A DNA stretch of 64,000 nucleotides, from NCBI GenBank assembly GCA_963752595.1, contig CAVVYZ010000005.1, forward strand, positions 1 to 64,000, given 5' to 3'. The notes under the pieces were generated by a model. The model searched no databases. It was not told the origin of the DNA and worked only from the letters and a program-made list of their open reading frames with translations. Shown here one piece after another: positions 1 through 10,396 of the stretch (its first letter is position 1; every line of letters starts with the position of its first letter). The position numbers and the translations under genes are program-made. This stretch comes from an uncultured delta proteobacterium. Lineage in GTDB: Bacteria > Desulfobacterota > Desulfomonilia > UBA1062.

Positions 1-266
1 TTATCGCGACCGGTGCCAGATCATTTATCTGCCGGCGGTTGTTGGAATCGTTCGGCGGCCCCATCATCAGCACCAGCGCCAGTCTGGCCGGACAGCCCTA
101 CCTTAATGACATAGACGAAATATGCGAAATTTTTCAATATATGGTCGATGTGGTGCTCGATAGCGGTCCCGGCGGCCTGGTGCCTTCGAGCATAATCGAT
201 TTGACCGCCGACAAACCGCAACTTTTGCGGGTGGGAAAAGGCGATACCACCGGATTCGAGACCTGA
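1..266 (+). CDS. tsaC: L-threonylcarbamoyladenylate synthase (TsaC/SUA5/YrdC family), 3' part only
   Basis: C-terminal motifs GPIISTSAS, VDVVLDSG and PSSIIDLT..LLRVGKG. Runs off the window start, with a probable 1-nt indel near position 25. Confidence 0.8.
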   Translation, partial: IATGARSFICRRLLESFGGPIISTSASLAGQPYLNDIDEICEIFQYMVDVVLDSGPGGLVPSSIIDLTADKPQLLRVGKGDTTGFET

Positions 267-338
267 TCCTAAAAAACGAATTAATGACGGCGTTATGCTT
301 TCATCCATAATCGGGAATATAAAAAGGAGTGTTTTTCA

Positions 339-1465
339 GTGCGACGATTTATCCTGCTTTTTCTCATCATCCTTTTAATCGGGACTTTTCTTTTTGCCCA
401 AACAGCCTCCCCGCTCGATCGGGTTCGCCTGACCATAAAGCATGTGAAGGAGGAGATGGTGACCGACCGGCGACTCGAGCTTTTTCAAGGTCATACCGCT
501 CGTTCGCAACGATTCGCTGTTTCTACAGGGAGAGACCACTCTGCCGGCCGCGGACGACACCCTCATGCATCGGCTCTCCGGCCTCGTCGGCTGGCGTGTG
601 GTAAATGAGATAATCACGCGCCTGACAGTTCTGCCGGCAACCGGTCTCATGGGGTCATCACCATCAGCACGGGACATCTTCGCCGCGGCCCGGATGTGGA
701 TCACGAAATGATCAGCCAGGGAATCCTAGGAGAACCGGTGCAGATCCTGAAGAGGGATCACGATTTTTTCCTGATCAAACTTTCGGATGGTTATATAGGC
801 TATATGATGGGGGCTTTCATTTGCCGGATGACCGGTGAAGAGTTTCGCGGATGGCAATCAAGATCCAAAGCGGTTTATTATCACCAGAACTTTGGTGAAA
901 TTTACAGCGAAAAAAATACGGACTCTATTCCAATCAGCGATATCGTGCGCGGGGCGATCGTGGCTGTTGTCAAAAAGAGGGTAAATGGTGGCAGGTGCAA
1001 TTGCCCGATGGCCGCAGGGGGTATGTGAAAAAATCGTCGATGATGGATGAGGCGGCATTCCGGTCGCAGCCGAAACCAAAGCCCGGGCAGTTGGTAAAAC
1101 TGGCCCGCGAGTTCACCGGCCATCCCTACCTCTGGGGCGGGTTGTCGACCAAGGGATTCGATTGCTCCGGATTCACCAAAACCATCTATCGGCTGCACAG
1201 CATCGATCTGCCGCGCGACGCCAACATGCAGGTGAAAATGGGAAGCCCGGTGCCGTTCGATTCCACCTTCAGCACTGTGAAGCCCGGCGATCTGCTCTTT
1301 TTCGGCCGGGCGTTGGATAAAATCACCCACGTCGGCATGTACATCGGCGATTACCGTTACATGCATAGCGACGGGATGGTCAAGATCAATAGTTTCCATC
1401 CCAAACATGCCGAATACAGTCCATATCGATTTAAGAGTCTGAGGGCGGTGCGCAGGATCCTGTAA
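339..1465 (+). CDS. Secreted NlpC/P60 (C40) peptidase with SH3-like domains, split by frameshifts
   Basis: SD AAGGAG then GTG, and a signal peptide (MRRFILLFLIILLIGTFLFA). SH3b-like segment at 696-1028. Catalytic PYLWGG..GFDCSGF and ITHVGMY..YMHS in 995-1465. The pieces lie in different frames. Confidence 0.8.
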
Positions 1466-2021
1466 ATTTACCTATATATTGCTTGACTTGTTTGGCGAAA
1501 TAGATTACATTTATCATTACGTGGTTAAGCGTGTCATACTCCAGTTGAGCACCTTTGCCAGGCCTCTTTGCCTCATCAGCCAATTTCCTGTTTATTGATT
1601 TTTCTCACATTTAATCTCCCGATAACTGCTATATTGAATCGGGTTTATCTGTCCTGCATCTTTTGTCCGGCATCGATTATTTTCTGCAATAACAGCCATT
1701 TTCCGTATGTACCTATGACGGAAATTTTAGAATAGATTCCCTCTCTTTATTGTTATCATTAGGGAGACTGGGGGATTAAGCGGTTTTTGGTCAAGTCGGT
1801 TCGAGTTTAAAGTTTTGAGTATAATTTATAGGCTGACGATAAAGCTTCTATCAACAGGTTTTGGAACATTTTTTTAACCAGGCAAATTCTCATCAAAGGA
1901 GGTGATTGAACGGTTGAATTGATTCTGAAAATTTCATGCTGATTGAGATGAGAACGGTGAAAGATTGAGTGCGAATCGATCGGCATGATCCCTAAAAGAC
2001 TTTTATAAAAAGGAGATAAAG

Positions 2022-3124
2022 ATGAAAAAGATTACTTTTTCCAGTCTGCTGCTGGCGTTGCTGTTGCCGGTATTGGTCATTTGCGCTCGGGCAGGCGGGA
2101 TCTAATCTGGATTTTCAGACGACCAGATAGTCATTGTTCCGGATAATGCCTGTTGGATAATCTGGGTCAGGAATACACCATCGAGACTTGGATTAACGTG
2201 CCGGTGTTCAACGCCGCCTGGAGCTATCAATACCTGGTGGAGCGCGAGGATGTTTTCGCCTTTGTCATTAACTCCACTACCGGTAATTTGGAATTCTTCC
2301 GGCGTGGTCCGGGCACCAATTTTGCCTCGACGAGTGCCGTCGGGACGGGCGCGTGGCATCACGTGGCGGTGCGGCGTCAGTTGACGGGGATCGCCACCTA
2401 TACCACCACGCTTTTAATCGATGGTGTGGCCAGTGGTTCCTCCACCAGCAACGATTTTGATCTGACCCCCGGCGGTGTGAAGGATTTGACCATCGGCAAT
2501 ACGACCTTTACCGGTTTTGCTTACTTATATCCTTTAATGGGCAAAATGGATGACGTCCGTATTTGGAGCGTTGCGCGCAGCGATGGGCAGATACTCGCCA
2601 ATCGCGGCGTGCCCCTCAGCGGTGGTACAGCCGGTCTGCTGGCGTACTATAAAATGGATGAGGGCGCCGGTCAATCCGCCGGAGATGCCACAGCCAACGC
2701 GCTCAACGGCACGCTGGGTTCCACCGGTGGCGCCGATGTCAATGATCCGGCCTGGGGTGTCTCCGATGCGCCGGTGGGATTCAATCTGATTGCGCCCAAC
2801 GCAGGTATCTTGAACTGTGGTGCGCCGCTGATCGTCAATTGGGTGGCCAATCCTGCTGTGGCGAACGTCAACATCCTCTATAGTCTGGATGCCGGCGCCA
2901 ACTGGACGTTGTTGGCCGCAGGCGTACCCAACAGCGGCACGTTTAATACATTCGTTCCGGGTGTCGCCACCAATAGCGGGCTTTTCCGCGTCGCCGATCC
3001 GGCCAATGCCGCCGCTTTTGACGACAGCGACGTCAACCTGCAATTCAATGCGGCTGCGTTCGTGCCGGTTTATCTCAGCTACGAAGCTGAGGGCGCCACC
3101 GGAAACGGTGGTAAACGAAGATAA
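2022..3124 (+). CDS. Secreted LamG/concanavalin-like domain protein, frameshifted near 2100 and truncated at about 3110
   Basis: SD AAGGAG, ATG at 2022 and a signal peptide. LamG motifs YTIETW, WHHVAV, GKMDDVRIWSVARS and GLLAYYKMDEG. Stops just after YEAE, which usually starts a CBM6/35-like domain. Confidence 0.75.
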
Positions 3125-5273
3125 ATGTTCCCAGAGGATAGCTATCGTATCCGTAGATCGCCGGGTTGTTGCTCAAGCTCAAGATCGCGATGATAATAAA
3201 GCCAGTAAGGACCCGCTTAACCGTCTTTCTGTTGTGGATATCCGTCTTCCTGGAGGCATTGACGAGCAGGTAGATGCCGTAGCCGATTCCTGCGCCCCAC
3301 AGGGCGCTCATGACATCGTACAGGATCGCCTTATGGGCGAAAAAGCCCCAGGAATACTCGTAAACACCCTGAAAGTAGTAGCTTGTCTGGCTTAAAGGGG
3401 CCATGACGAGCCCGACGAGGTACCCGGCGTAGACGATCCACCACTTATCCTTTTTCCCGATAACAAGATAAACCAGATGCAGATTCACGCCAAGCATGAG
3501 GAGCGCCAGGAAAAAATGGTCGATCCTGGATATGAACAGGGCGAGTTTCGGGTCCTGGATTATCCCCAGGATGCATATGTCCAGATTCAGCAGGGCATAG
3601 CAGAAGCAGATGAGGCTGAAGAGCTGGCTCTCGGGACGGTTCTTTTCCAATCCCAGCACGAACAGCGACAGAAAGGCTGCACTCACGAAGGAGAGGAGCG
3701 GTGGAATCCCGTAAGGGATTATGCTGCCCAAGATGAACCGGGACGAAAAATCTTTCAGGATTTCCATAATGCCCAGGAGGATCAGGATGTATACAAACAC
3801 TAGGAGCAATCTCAGGCCGTTTGAGAGAGACTGCCTTCTCGTATACGTGTTGATCCTCTGGATATCCCGATAGAAGATACCGTAGCCGACAAGCATGAGC
3901 GAGATGAAGCTCAGGTTGTAGAACGGATAAGAACTCAGGCCTATGCTGGTAATCATACTGCCAGAGAAAACCACCATGATGAATACCATGCCCGCGAGGA
4001 TGAAGGCGAGTTCCTTTCGCCTGACCGGGTCGGTCCTTGTCTTACGCTCCTTGTACAGCAAAAGGACATTGACGGTGAGCATGACCAGGAAAAGGACAAT
4101 GAAAAGAACATGGCCGAGGCCTTTGAATGCGACAGGGTCGTATATAAACAGGCTTCTTCCCAGGTATGATTCATACAGCATCACCGGGACAAGCATCAGA
4201 CCTGCCCCATAAGACAGGAGGATTTTCCATAGGTCAGCCTTCCGGGTCAGGATCAATGTCATGTGCCCGCATATGCCGATGAGGTTTACCAGGAATATGT
4301 CGTTGATGGGGATGATCTGCCGGGAGAGATGCTCCGGCAGGCTCGTGATGATGAGATCCCGGAGGTTGAGAATGCACGTCAGCAGGCAGATGACTGTATA
4401 GAGGAGCATTTCGGACCTCTTCTCGACCCTGCGGAAGCTCACGTAAGCGCAAAGACCTGCGATCACGAGCGATACAATGGTGATAATGGTATGGTGGAAC
4501 AGCCAGGAGGTGATATCGCCGATGTACAGGCTCTCGAAGTGATACAAGATGAAGAGCAGGTTGGAGAACACGGGCAGCAGGACGAAGGAGATGATGAAGG
4601 TGTAGAGCAGATTCGTCCTGTTGGGATATAACGGCTTCGAATCATGATCCAAAGCCGTTACCAGGCCTGTTGAGATCAGAATGACGGGCACGAAGCAAAG
4701 GCTTAACAAGGGAAAGGGAACTCCTGCGAGGGAATCTGTCCCCAGGAACAGAAGGATCAGGGGTATGCCCGATGCAACACATAGCCTCGGGATGATACGT
4801 GGTGTTTCTTTCTCATGTTTTGTTGCATGCATAAAACAGAATATACTGTATGCCGCGCCCGTAAAAACGAGAAGGGCGGCAATAAGGTTTACCTGGGGAA
4901 AGGTTTCCTTCACCAGCCAGGTAATGCCGATGGTCAGCGACACAAGGACATAGGAGATCCATACGAGAGGCGCTCTCCTCTGTATCCCCAGAACGAGGTG
5001 CGTGAGGTGGATCATCATGGGGAGGATGATGAACGAGACAGGCAGGAGGTATGAAAGCCATGCAACGATTCGGGGATATGGAAGTATATAAGAGCTCACC
5101 TCTGCCACGCCCCAAAGAAGCAAAGCAATGCACGATACGGCCAGGAGCCTGAAATCCTCCCTGACATCCCGGGACCCGGCGATGAGGAAGACAAGAGAAA
5201 TGCACGTCAGCAGGCTCGCCAACGGAAAGAGTACATAAGGAAAGATGTGCTGAAGATCCGCTCCCACCGTCAC
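3075..5273 (-). CDS. Polytopic membrane sensor with three tandem 7TM (HisKA_7TM-like) units; C-terminal output domain missing (truncated at about 3113)
   Basis: Almost entirely hydrophobic helices. Three units end in PFPLLSLCFVP, SYPFYNLSFIS and SYPLGTFIFV. Confidence 0.65.
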   Translation of the reverse strand: MTVGADLQHIFPYVLFPLASLLTCISLVFLIAGSRDVREDFRLLAVSCIALLLWGVAEVSSYILPYPRIVAWLSYLLPVSFIILPMMIHLTHLVLGIQRRAPLVWISYVLVSLTIGITWLVKETFPQVNLIAALLVFTGAAYSIFCFMHATKHEKETPRIIPRLCVASGIPLILLFLGTDSLAGVPFPLLSLCFVPVILISTGLVTALDHDSKPLYPNRTNLLYTFIISFVLLPVFSNLLFILYHFESLYIGDITSWLFHHTIITIVSLVIAGLCAYVSFRRVEKRSEMLLYTVICLLTCILNLRDLIITSLPEHLSRQIIPINDIFLVNLIGICGHMTLILTRKADLWKILLSYGAGLMLVPVMLYESYLGRSLFIYDPVAFKGLGHVLFIVLFLVMLTVNVLLLYKERKTRTDPVRRKELAFILAGMVFIMVVFSGSMITSIGLSSYPFYNLSFISLMLVGYGIFYRDIQRINTYTRRQSLSNGLRLLLVFVYILILLGIMEILKDFSSRFILGSIIPYGIPPLLSFVSAAFLSLFVLGLEKNRPESQLFSLICFCYALLNLDICILGIIQDPKLALFISRIDHFFLALLMLGVNLHLVYLVIGKKDKWWIVYAGYLVGLVMAPLSQTSYYFQGVYEYSWGFFAHKAILYDVMSALWGAGIGYGIYLLVNASRKTDIHNRKTVKRVLTGFIIIAILSLSNNPAIYGYDSYPLGTFIFVYHRFRWRPQLRS

Positions 5274-5460
5274 CCTCTCTCCGTTATCGCTGACTTATCC
5301 ATGATGCGGTCACCCGTATAGCCATAGAGTTCAGTATCGGTTTTCTTTCGTGCTATATTGAGGTGTTTCCCGAATGATATGTGAACTATGATCATCCTCC
5401 GAGAGCCCATCATTTTTCCAGTTGAGATCCCGGTGCATATCTGACTAGATAAGACTCATC

Positions 5461-7214
5461 ATGGCGCACAAAGACTACCGGCTAAGGGCCCTGTTTGTCG
5501 ATCTCCATTCACGGAGTGCGGAATATGCCCAGCTTTCAGGCGATACCTCTAAAACCTTTCTTGGCGGCAGGGGTATCGGTGCATGGATCATGAGCAGCTG
5601 CCCTACTTTGGATCCCCTCGATGAGCAGGCCCCGCTGATCTTCGCCGCCGGGCCGTTGACCGGGTCGCGTATCCCCTCTTCCGGCCGTATGGTGATTTCC
5701 GGGTTCTCGCCGCTGACCGATACGGTCTGCAGCGCTTCCGTGGGAGGAAAGCTCGGCCTCTCCATGAAGCACGCAGGCATCGACCTCATCATTGTCACGG
5801 GTCGTGCGGAAAAACCTGTCGTACTCACTATTGATGACCGGAGCGTGCGGTTCGAACAGTCGGACATTCCACTGGATACACCCCTCCATGAGGTGTTCAG
5901 TCGTTTGAGCTCTTTCGGCGGGTCTGCCGCAGCAATAGGAAGGGCTGCATTCCAGGGATGCAGGTACGCCTCGGTCATGATCGACGGCTCCTTTGCATCG
6001 GGCAGGGGTGGCCTGGGCCTGGTCATGGCGTCCAAGAACCTCCAGGCCCTCATGGTCCGCGGCACCGGGAAAACAGCTGCCCATGACCGGCAGAGAGAGG
6101 ATATCGCCCGGAGCGACATCATCCGGCTTTTTGACGCCTCTCCCGCAATCATGGGCGGATCGGGCATTGCGAATCACGGGACAGCCGCCCTGGTCGACCT
6201 CATGGCCTCCCGCCGCATGATGCCCACCGCCAATTTTCGTAAGACCTATTTTGAGGAGTACCGCACGTTCTGCTCTGCCCGGATCAAGGAAAGAAAGAAC
6301 CCGAAGCACTATGCTTGCCCCGGCTGCCCGATCGCCTGCAAGCAGAAGGCGCAGAGCGAAATCCCGGAATTCGAAACCCTTTCCCACTTCGGGGCTCTTA
6401 ACGAAAACACCGATCTGGATGCCATCATCGAGGCCAACCGTATCTGTAACGAAGCCGGCATGGATACCATCACCGCTGCATCGACCATTGCATGCCTCGC
6501 GGAAATAAGGAACGAGCGGTACACGGGAGAAGCCCTCGTGGACAAGGTACGGCAGATCGCCTCGTGCACGGGCGACGGAGAACTTCTCCAGCTCGGCTCC
6601 GCTTCTCTTGCCAGGCAGATGGGGCAGCCGGAGAAGTCCATGAGCGTCAAGGCCTCGAGCTGCCTGCCTACGACCCGCGGGGGGCATACGGCATGGCGCT
6701 CGCCTACTGCACCTCGACCCGGGGGGCATGCCACCTGCGGGCATACCCCATCGCCCATGAGATCCTGCGCAAGCCCGTTGTCACGGATCGGTTTTCCTTC
6801 TCGGGAAAGGCCCGGATCATCAAGATATCCGAAGACCTAAACGCCGTGATCGACTCCATCGGGGCCTGCAAATTCGCATTTTTCGGCGCCTCGCTCGAAG
6901 AATATGCCAAGGGCTTTTCTGCCGTGACAGGCCTGGACTGCGACACCCAGGACCTCCTGGCCTCCGGGGACACCATTTATGCCCTGGAGCGCTACATCAA
7001 CACCCTGCGCGGGTTTGCCAGGAAAGACGACGTGCTCCCGGAAAGGTTCTACACCGAGCCGGGCACCTCAGGGGCAGGTATCGAAGTACCTCCCATCGGC
7101 AGGGCAGCCTTTGAAGAGGCCCTTGACCGGTATTACCGGGTCCGGGGCTGCAACTCTGACGGCACCCTTACCTCGGAGAGGATACAGGAGATGGAATCGT
7201 GCAGGAGCAAGTAG
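5461..7214 (+). CDS. aor: Aldehyde:ferredoxin oxidoreductase (tungsten/molybdopterin AOR family), 1-nt frameshift near 6650
   Basis: FLGGRG, GRGGLGLVMASKNL, CPGCPIAC and PEFET, then in another frame GLELPAYDPRG..TRGACHLR and DDVLPERF. Confidence 0.9.
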
Positions 7215-8350
7215 AAAAATATCTGACCAAACTTCAGAGGCACGGCCTCGTCGAGGGGCAGGAGGGAGCCTTCCTCTACGGGCTCGATGACGAGATCTAT
7301 ACGAATGCGCCCTCGGTCAGGCATGAAGTCCATGCCCTCTTCAGGCTCCTGAACATCAACAGCCTTATCATCGCCAGGCCCGAGCCCGTGCTCTGGAGCA
7401 TCATCAGCCGTCTGGCCGACCAAGAGCAGCAGGGCCTCATCTGTCCCTGCGACTGCGAGAGCCTCACCTTCATCCACGACATCCCGGTGGTGCCTACCCT
7501 TGACGCATCTTCTGTAGCCCGGGCACTGAACCGACGCAAGGGCTGCATCGTTAAAGACACGGGTATCGTCACAACCGGGACCGTAACCCTTGAGCAGGCC
7601 TTCATCGTCTTCAGCTCTATCTGTTTTGCAAGCTTCGTGAAGTTCTTTGCCGATGCTCTCAATGGACTGCACGGCTGCGGATGCACACCGAAGCCGGATT
7701 CCCGCACCATGGATGCCGTGTCCGAATTCCTCGGAAAGGCGGCGCCGCTTACACCCGGAAAGCTCCTTTCCCGTGAAGTCCCCGTGGAGGAGGACCGGAT
7801 TCTCCATGCCATGGATGAGGCGGGCAAGGCGGTTGTCGAGGCAAAGCTCGTCGATTCCTTTTTCGGGAACATCTCGTACCGCCTGGATGACGTCATCTTC
7901 ATCTCCCAGACAGGGTCCTCCCTGGACGAGCTTGCCGGCTATATCGACCGCGTTCCCATGGACGGCTCGTCCACCTGCGGGATCACCTCATCTTCCGAGC
8001 TCATGGCCCACGTGAAGACCTATGAGCTCACCCATGACAATGCCATCCTCCACGGCCATCCCAGGTTCTCGGTGGTCATGTCCATGTTCGGAGAGCCACT
8101 TGCCTTCGGGCAGAAACGCTACATCGAAGACATACCCGTCATCTCGGGAGAGGTAGGAGCAGGAAAGCACGGTCTCCTGCACACCCTGCCCGCAGCGATG
8201 CAGGAAACTCATGGTGCAATCGTTTCCGGACACGGGACCTTTGCGGGGTGCACGGGTTCTTTTTTCGATGCGTTCGACAGGCTTTCATCAATCGAGCTCA
8301 GGTGCTACAGAGCATACAGAGATGCGCTGCAGGGATCAGGCACCAGGTGA
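7199..8350 (+). CDS. Class II aldolase/adducin-family protein with two tandem domains
   Basis: C-terminal domain has DSFFGNIS, SSELMAH, AILHGHP and GHGTF. N-terminal half is a degenerate copy (CESLTFIHDIP). Overlaps the aor stop. Confidence 0.75.
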   Translation: MQEQVEKYLTKLQRHGLVEGQEGAFLYGLDDEIYTNAPSVRHEVHALFRLLNINSLIIARPEPVLWSIISRLADQEQQGLICPCDCESLTFIHDIPVVPTLDASSVARALNRRKGCIVKDTGIVTTGTVTLEQAFIVFSSICFASFVKFFADALNGLHGCGCTPKPDSRTMDAVSEFLGKAAPLTPGKLLSREVPVEEDRILHAMDEAGKAVVEAKLVDSFFGNISYRLDDVIFISQTGSSLDELAGYIDRVPMDGSSTCGITSSSELMAHVKTYELTHDNAILHGHPRFSVVMSMFGEPLAFGQKRYIEDIPVISGEVGAGKHGLLHTLPAAMQETHGAIVSGHGTFAGCTGSFFDAFDRLSSIELRCYRAYRDALQGSGTR

Positions 8351-8381
8351 CCGATCCGCTTGTCCTTATAGTTTCGCACGA

Positions 8382-8600
8382 TTAACCAGTGGTAAGGCGG
8401 TTCCGGCCGTTCTGCTTGCTAAGGAATGAACATTTTTTCGATGAGCACGCGGTATCTGTTTCCGACTTTTGCCAGGGCATCTTTCTTGACATGGGGCGGA
8501 TGATTCCCACGAACTCTTCGCCGCCCCAGCTGCCGACCAGGTCAAAGGGACGGGACGTATGCGTGATGGTGCGTGCAACGGTCTGCATCACCAGGTCTCC
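8382..8600 (-). pseudogene. Diguanylate cyclase (GGDEF) remnant
   Basis: GDLVMQTVARTITHTSRPFDLVGSWGGEEFVGII with no N-terminus and a disrupted C-terminus. Confidence 0.65.
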
Positions 8601-8646
8601 GGAAATAAATTGAGTATGTATTACAGGAGAGTGCTTTGGGAAAGAC

Positions 8647-8913
8647 TTAAAGGACGAGCAGGATCTCCTGGTGGGCGCTCAAGACTTCGTAGATACCGAG
8701 ACGATCTTCATCATTCACGACCGTGAGCTCCAGGTTCATGCAGCAATACCGGCTGTTCCTGCTGCTGCGGGATAGGCTTAAACGATACTCGCTGCCGGGC
8801 ATGATCATGGCGATTGCCTTGTGCAGAACCTCCTGATCCTTTCCAAAAATCTTATAGACCCATGTGCAGGGGTATTCGATGCGAGCTTTTTCACCGGAAG
8901 GAATGCGTTTCAT
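8647..8913 (-). CDS. DUF493 / YbeD-like protein
   Basis: IEYPCTWVYKIFG and SRSSRNSRY; 88 aa from the ATG at 8913. Confidence 0.75.
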   Translation of the reverse strand: MKRIPSGEKARIEYPCTWVYKIFGKDQEVLHKAIAMIMPGSEYRLSLSRSSRNSRYCCMNLELTVVNDEDRLGIYEVLSAHQEILLVL

Positions 8914-9059
8914 GGAGAAAGCGTACCAAGCTCCTGTCCCGGATGCAATACCGAATGTATGTTGCGTATATAATTGACAAAGATATGTCGCCTCGATACA
9001 TGAAGTAATACCCTTGTGATACCCGCAGGTCACTTCAGGATATGAAGGAGGTTCGTTTC

Positions 9060-10133
9060 ATGAGAGTGCTTGCCGTCAATTCGAGCCCGAGAAAAGATGA
9101 ACACAGCAATACCAAGCAGATGCTGAATGCCCTCGTTGCCGGGATGCAGGAGGCAGGTGCCCATGTAGACGTCATTGACCTGAAAGAAAAGAAGGTCAGG
9201 AACTGCATCGGCTGCTTAAGCTGCTGGACAAAAACACCCGGCATCTGCTCCATTAAGGATGACATGACCCGCGAAATCTTTCCCCTCTGGCTCGAATCCG
9301 ACCTCGTGGTCTATGCCTCGCCGCTCTATCACTTCACGGTCAACGCTGCCATGAAAACATTCATCGAGAGAACCCTTCCCGTGCTGCAGCCGTTCTTCAT
9401 CACTTTCGGGAAGGAGACTGTCCACCCCCTGCGCCATAAACATCCCAACGTCGTATTCCTTTCGGTTGCGGGATTTCCCGAGTATTCGGTCTTCGACCAG
9501 CTCTCCTCCTGGGCTCGGTTTATCTACGGCCGGGTGGGGATGCTGACGGCAGAGATCTACCGGCCTCTTGCCGAGGCTCTCACGCTTCCCTCCCTGAAGC
9601 ACAAGGCGGACGAGATCTTCGCGGCCGTACGCCGGGCAGGAAAGGAGATCGTGGAAAACAGGATCGTGTCGGAAGAAACCATGGCACTTATCACCCAGGA
9701 CATCGTCAAAGACGTGAAGCTTTTCCATGATGTGGGCAACATCATGTGGAAGACATGCATCAATGAAGGCATCACCCTTACAGAGATGAGGGAAAGGTGC
9801 CTTGCTCCTGTCCCGGATTCCATTGCAGGCTTCCAGAAGGTGATACAGTTCGGTTTTATCCCTGGACCTGCAGGCGACATGAAGGCCGTATGGCAGTTCC
9901 ATTTCAGCGGAAGCCAGCAGGGATCGTGCTACTTCATCATCGAAGCCGGAGAGATCGTGGCCTTTGACGGCGTGGCCGCTTCACCGGATATCACGATCAA
10001 AACCGACTTCGGGCTGTGGATGAGTATCATTGCCAAAAAGATAGACAGCCGGGAGATGTTCATGCAGCAGAAATATACTGTCCAGGGTGACTTGAACCTC
10101 CTCATGCGGATGAACGAGCTTTTCGGGGGCTGA
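9060..10133 (+). CDS. Flavodoxin-like (iron-sulfur flavoprotein / NADPH-dependent FMN reductase) protein fused to a C-terminal SCP2 domain
   Basis: NSSPRK..SNT, CIGCLSCW..C and ASPLYH. SCP2 tail ...PDITIKTDFGLW..FMQQKYTVQGDLNLLM. SD GGAGG. Confidence 0.8.
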   Translation: MRVLAVNSSPRKDEHSNTKQMLNALVAGMQEAGAHVDVIDLKEKKVRNCIGCLSCWTKTPGICSIKDDMTREIFPLWLESDLVVYASPLYHFTVNAAMKTFIERTLPVLQPFFITFGKETVHPLRHKHPNVVFLSVAGFPEYSVFDQLSSWARFIYGRVGMLTAEIYRPLAEALTLPSLKHKADEIFAAVRRAGKEIVENRIVSEETMALITQDIVKDVKLFHDVGNIMWKTCINEGITLTEMRERCLAPVPDSIAGFQKVIQFGFIPGPAGDMKAVWQFHFSGSQQGSCYFIIEAGEIVAFDGVAASPDITIKTDFGLWMSIIAKKIDSREMFMQQKYTVQGDLNLLMRMNELFGG

Positions 10134-10396
10134 TGCTTTCACGAAGGAAACCTTTCCCCGGGCGAGGTGAGAATGATACTTTATCCTCCAGGGTCCGCCG
10201 GCAGGAACGCCGTGCTCTCGATGAAGGCAGGTAATCGCATGATTCAGTGTAGAGAATACTGGCAGAACCGGCCGCATATTTGACGGGATGCATCCTGAAA
10301 ACCTTCCTTGTATGCGTTCAAACCCGGCATTTCCCCTCATCCGGCATTCTGGCATGGTATTTGTTATATTAAAGAAAAACATGCGTGAGGAGCAGG

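Noticed and set aside
6640-6665. Programmed frameshift in aor
   Set aside because: No slippery heptamer. A single missing base in VKGLE fits the window-wide indel pattern.
5475-6744. Long antisense ORFs (for example 5536-6744, 24397-25377, 28502-29602, 52272-53309, 55020-56165)
   Set aside because: They shadow well-supported genes on the opposite strand, have no motifs, and are expected in GC-rich coding DNA.
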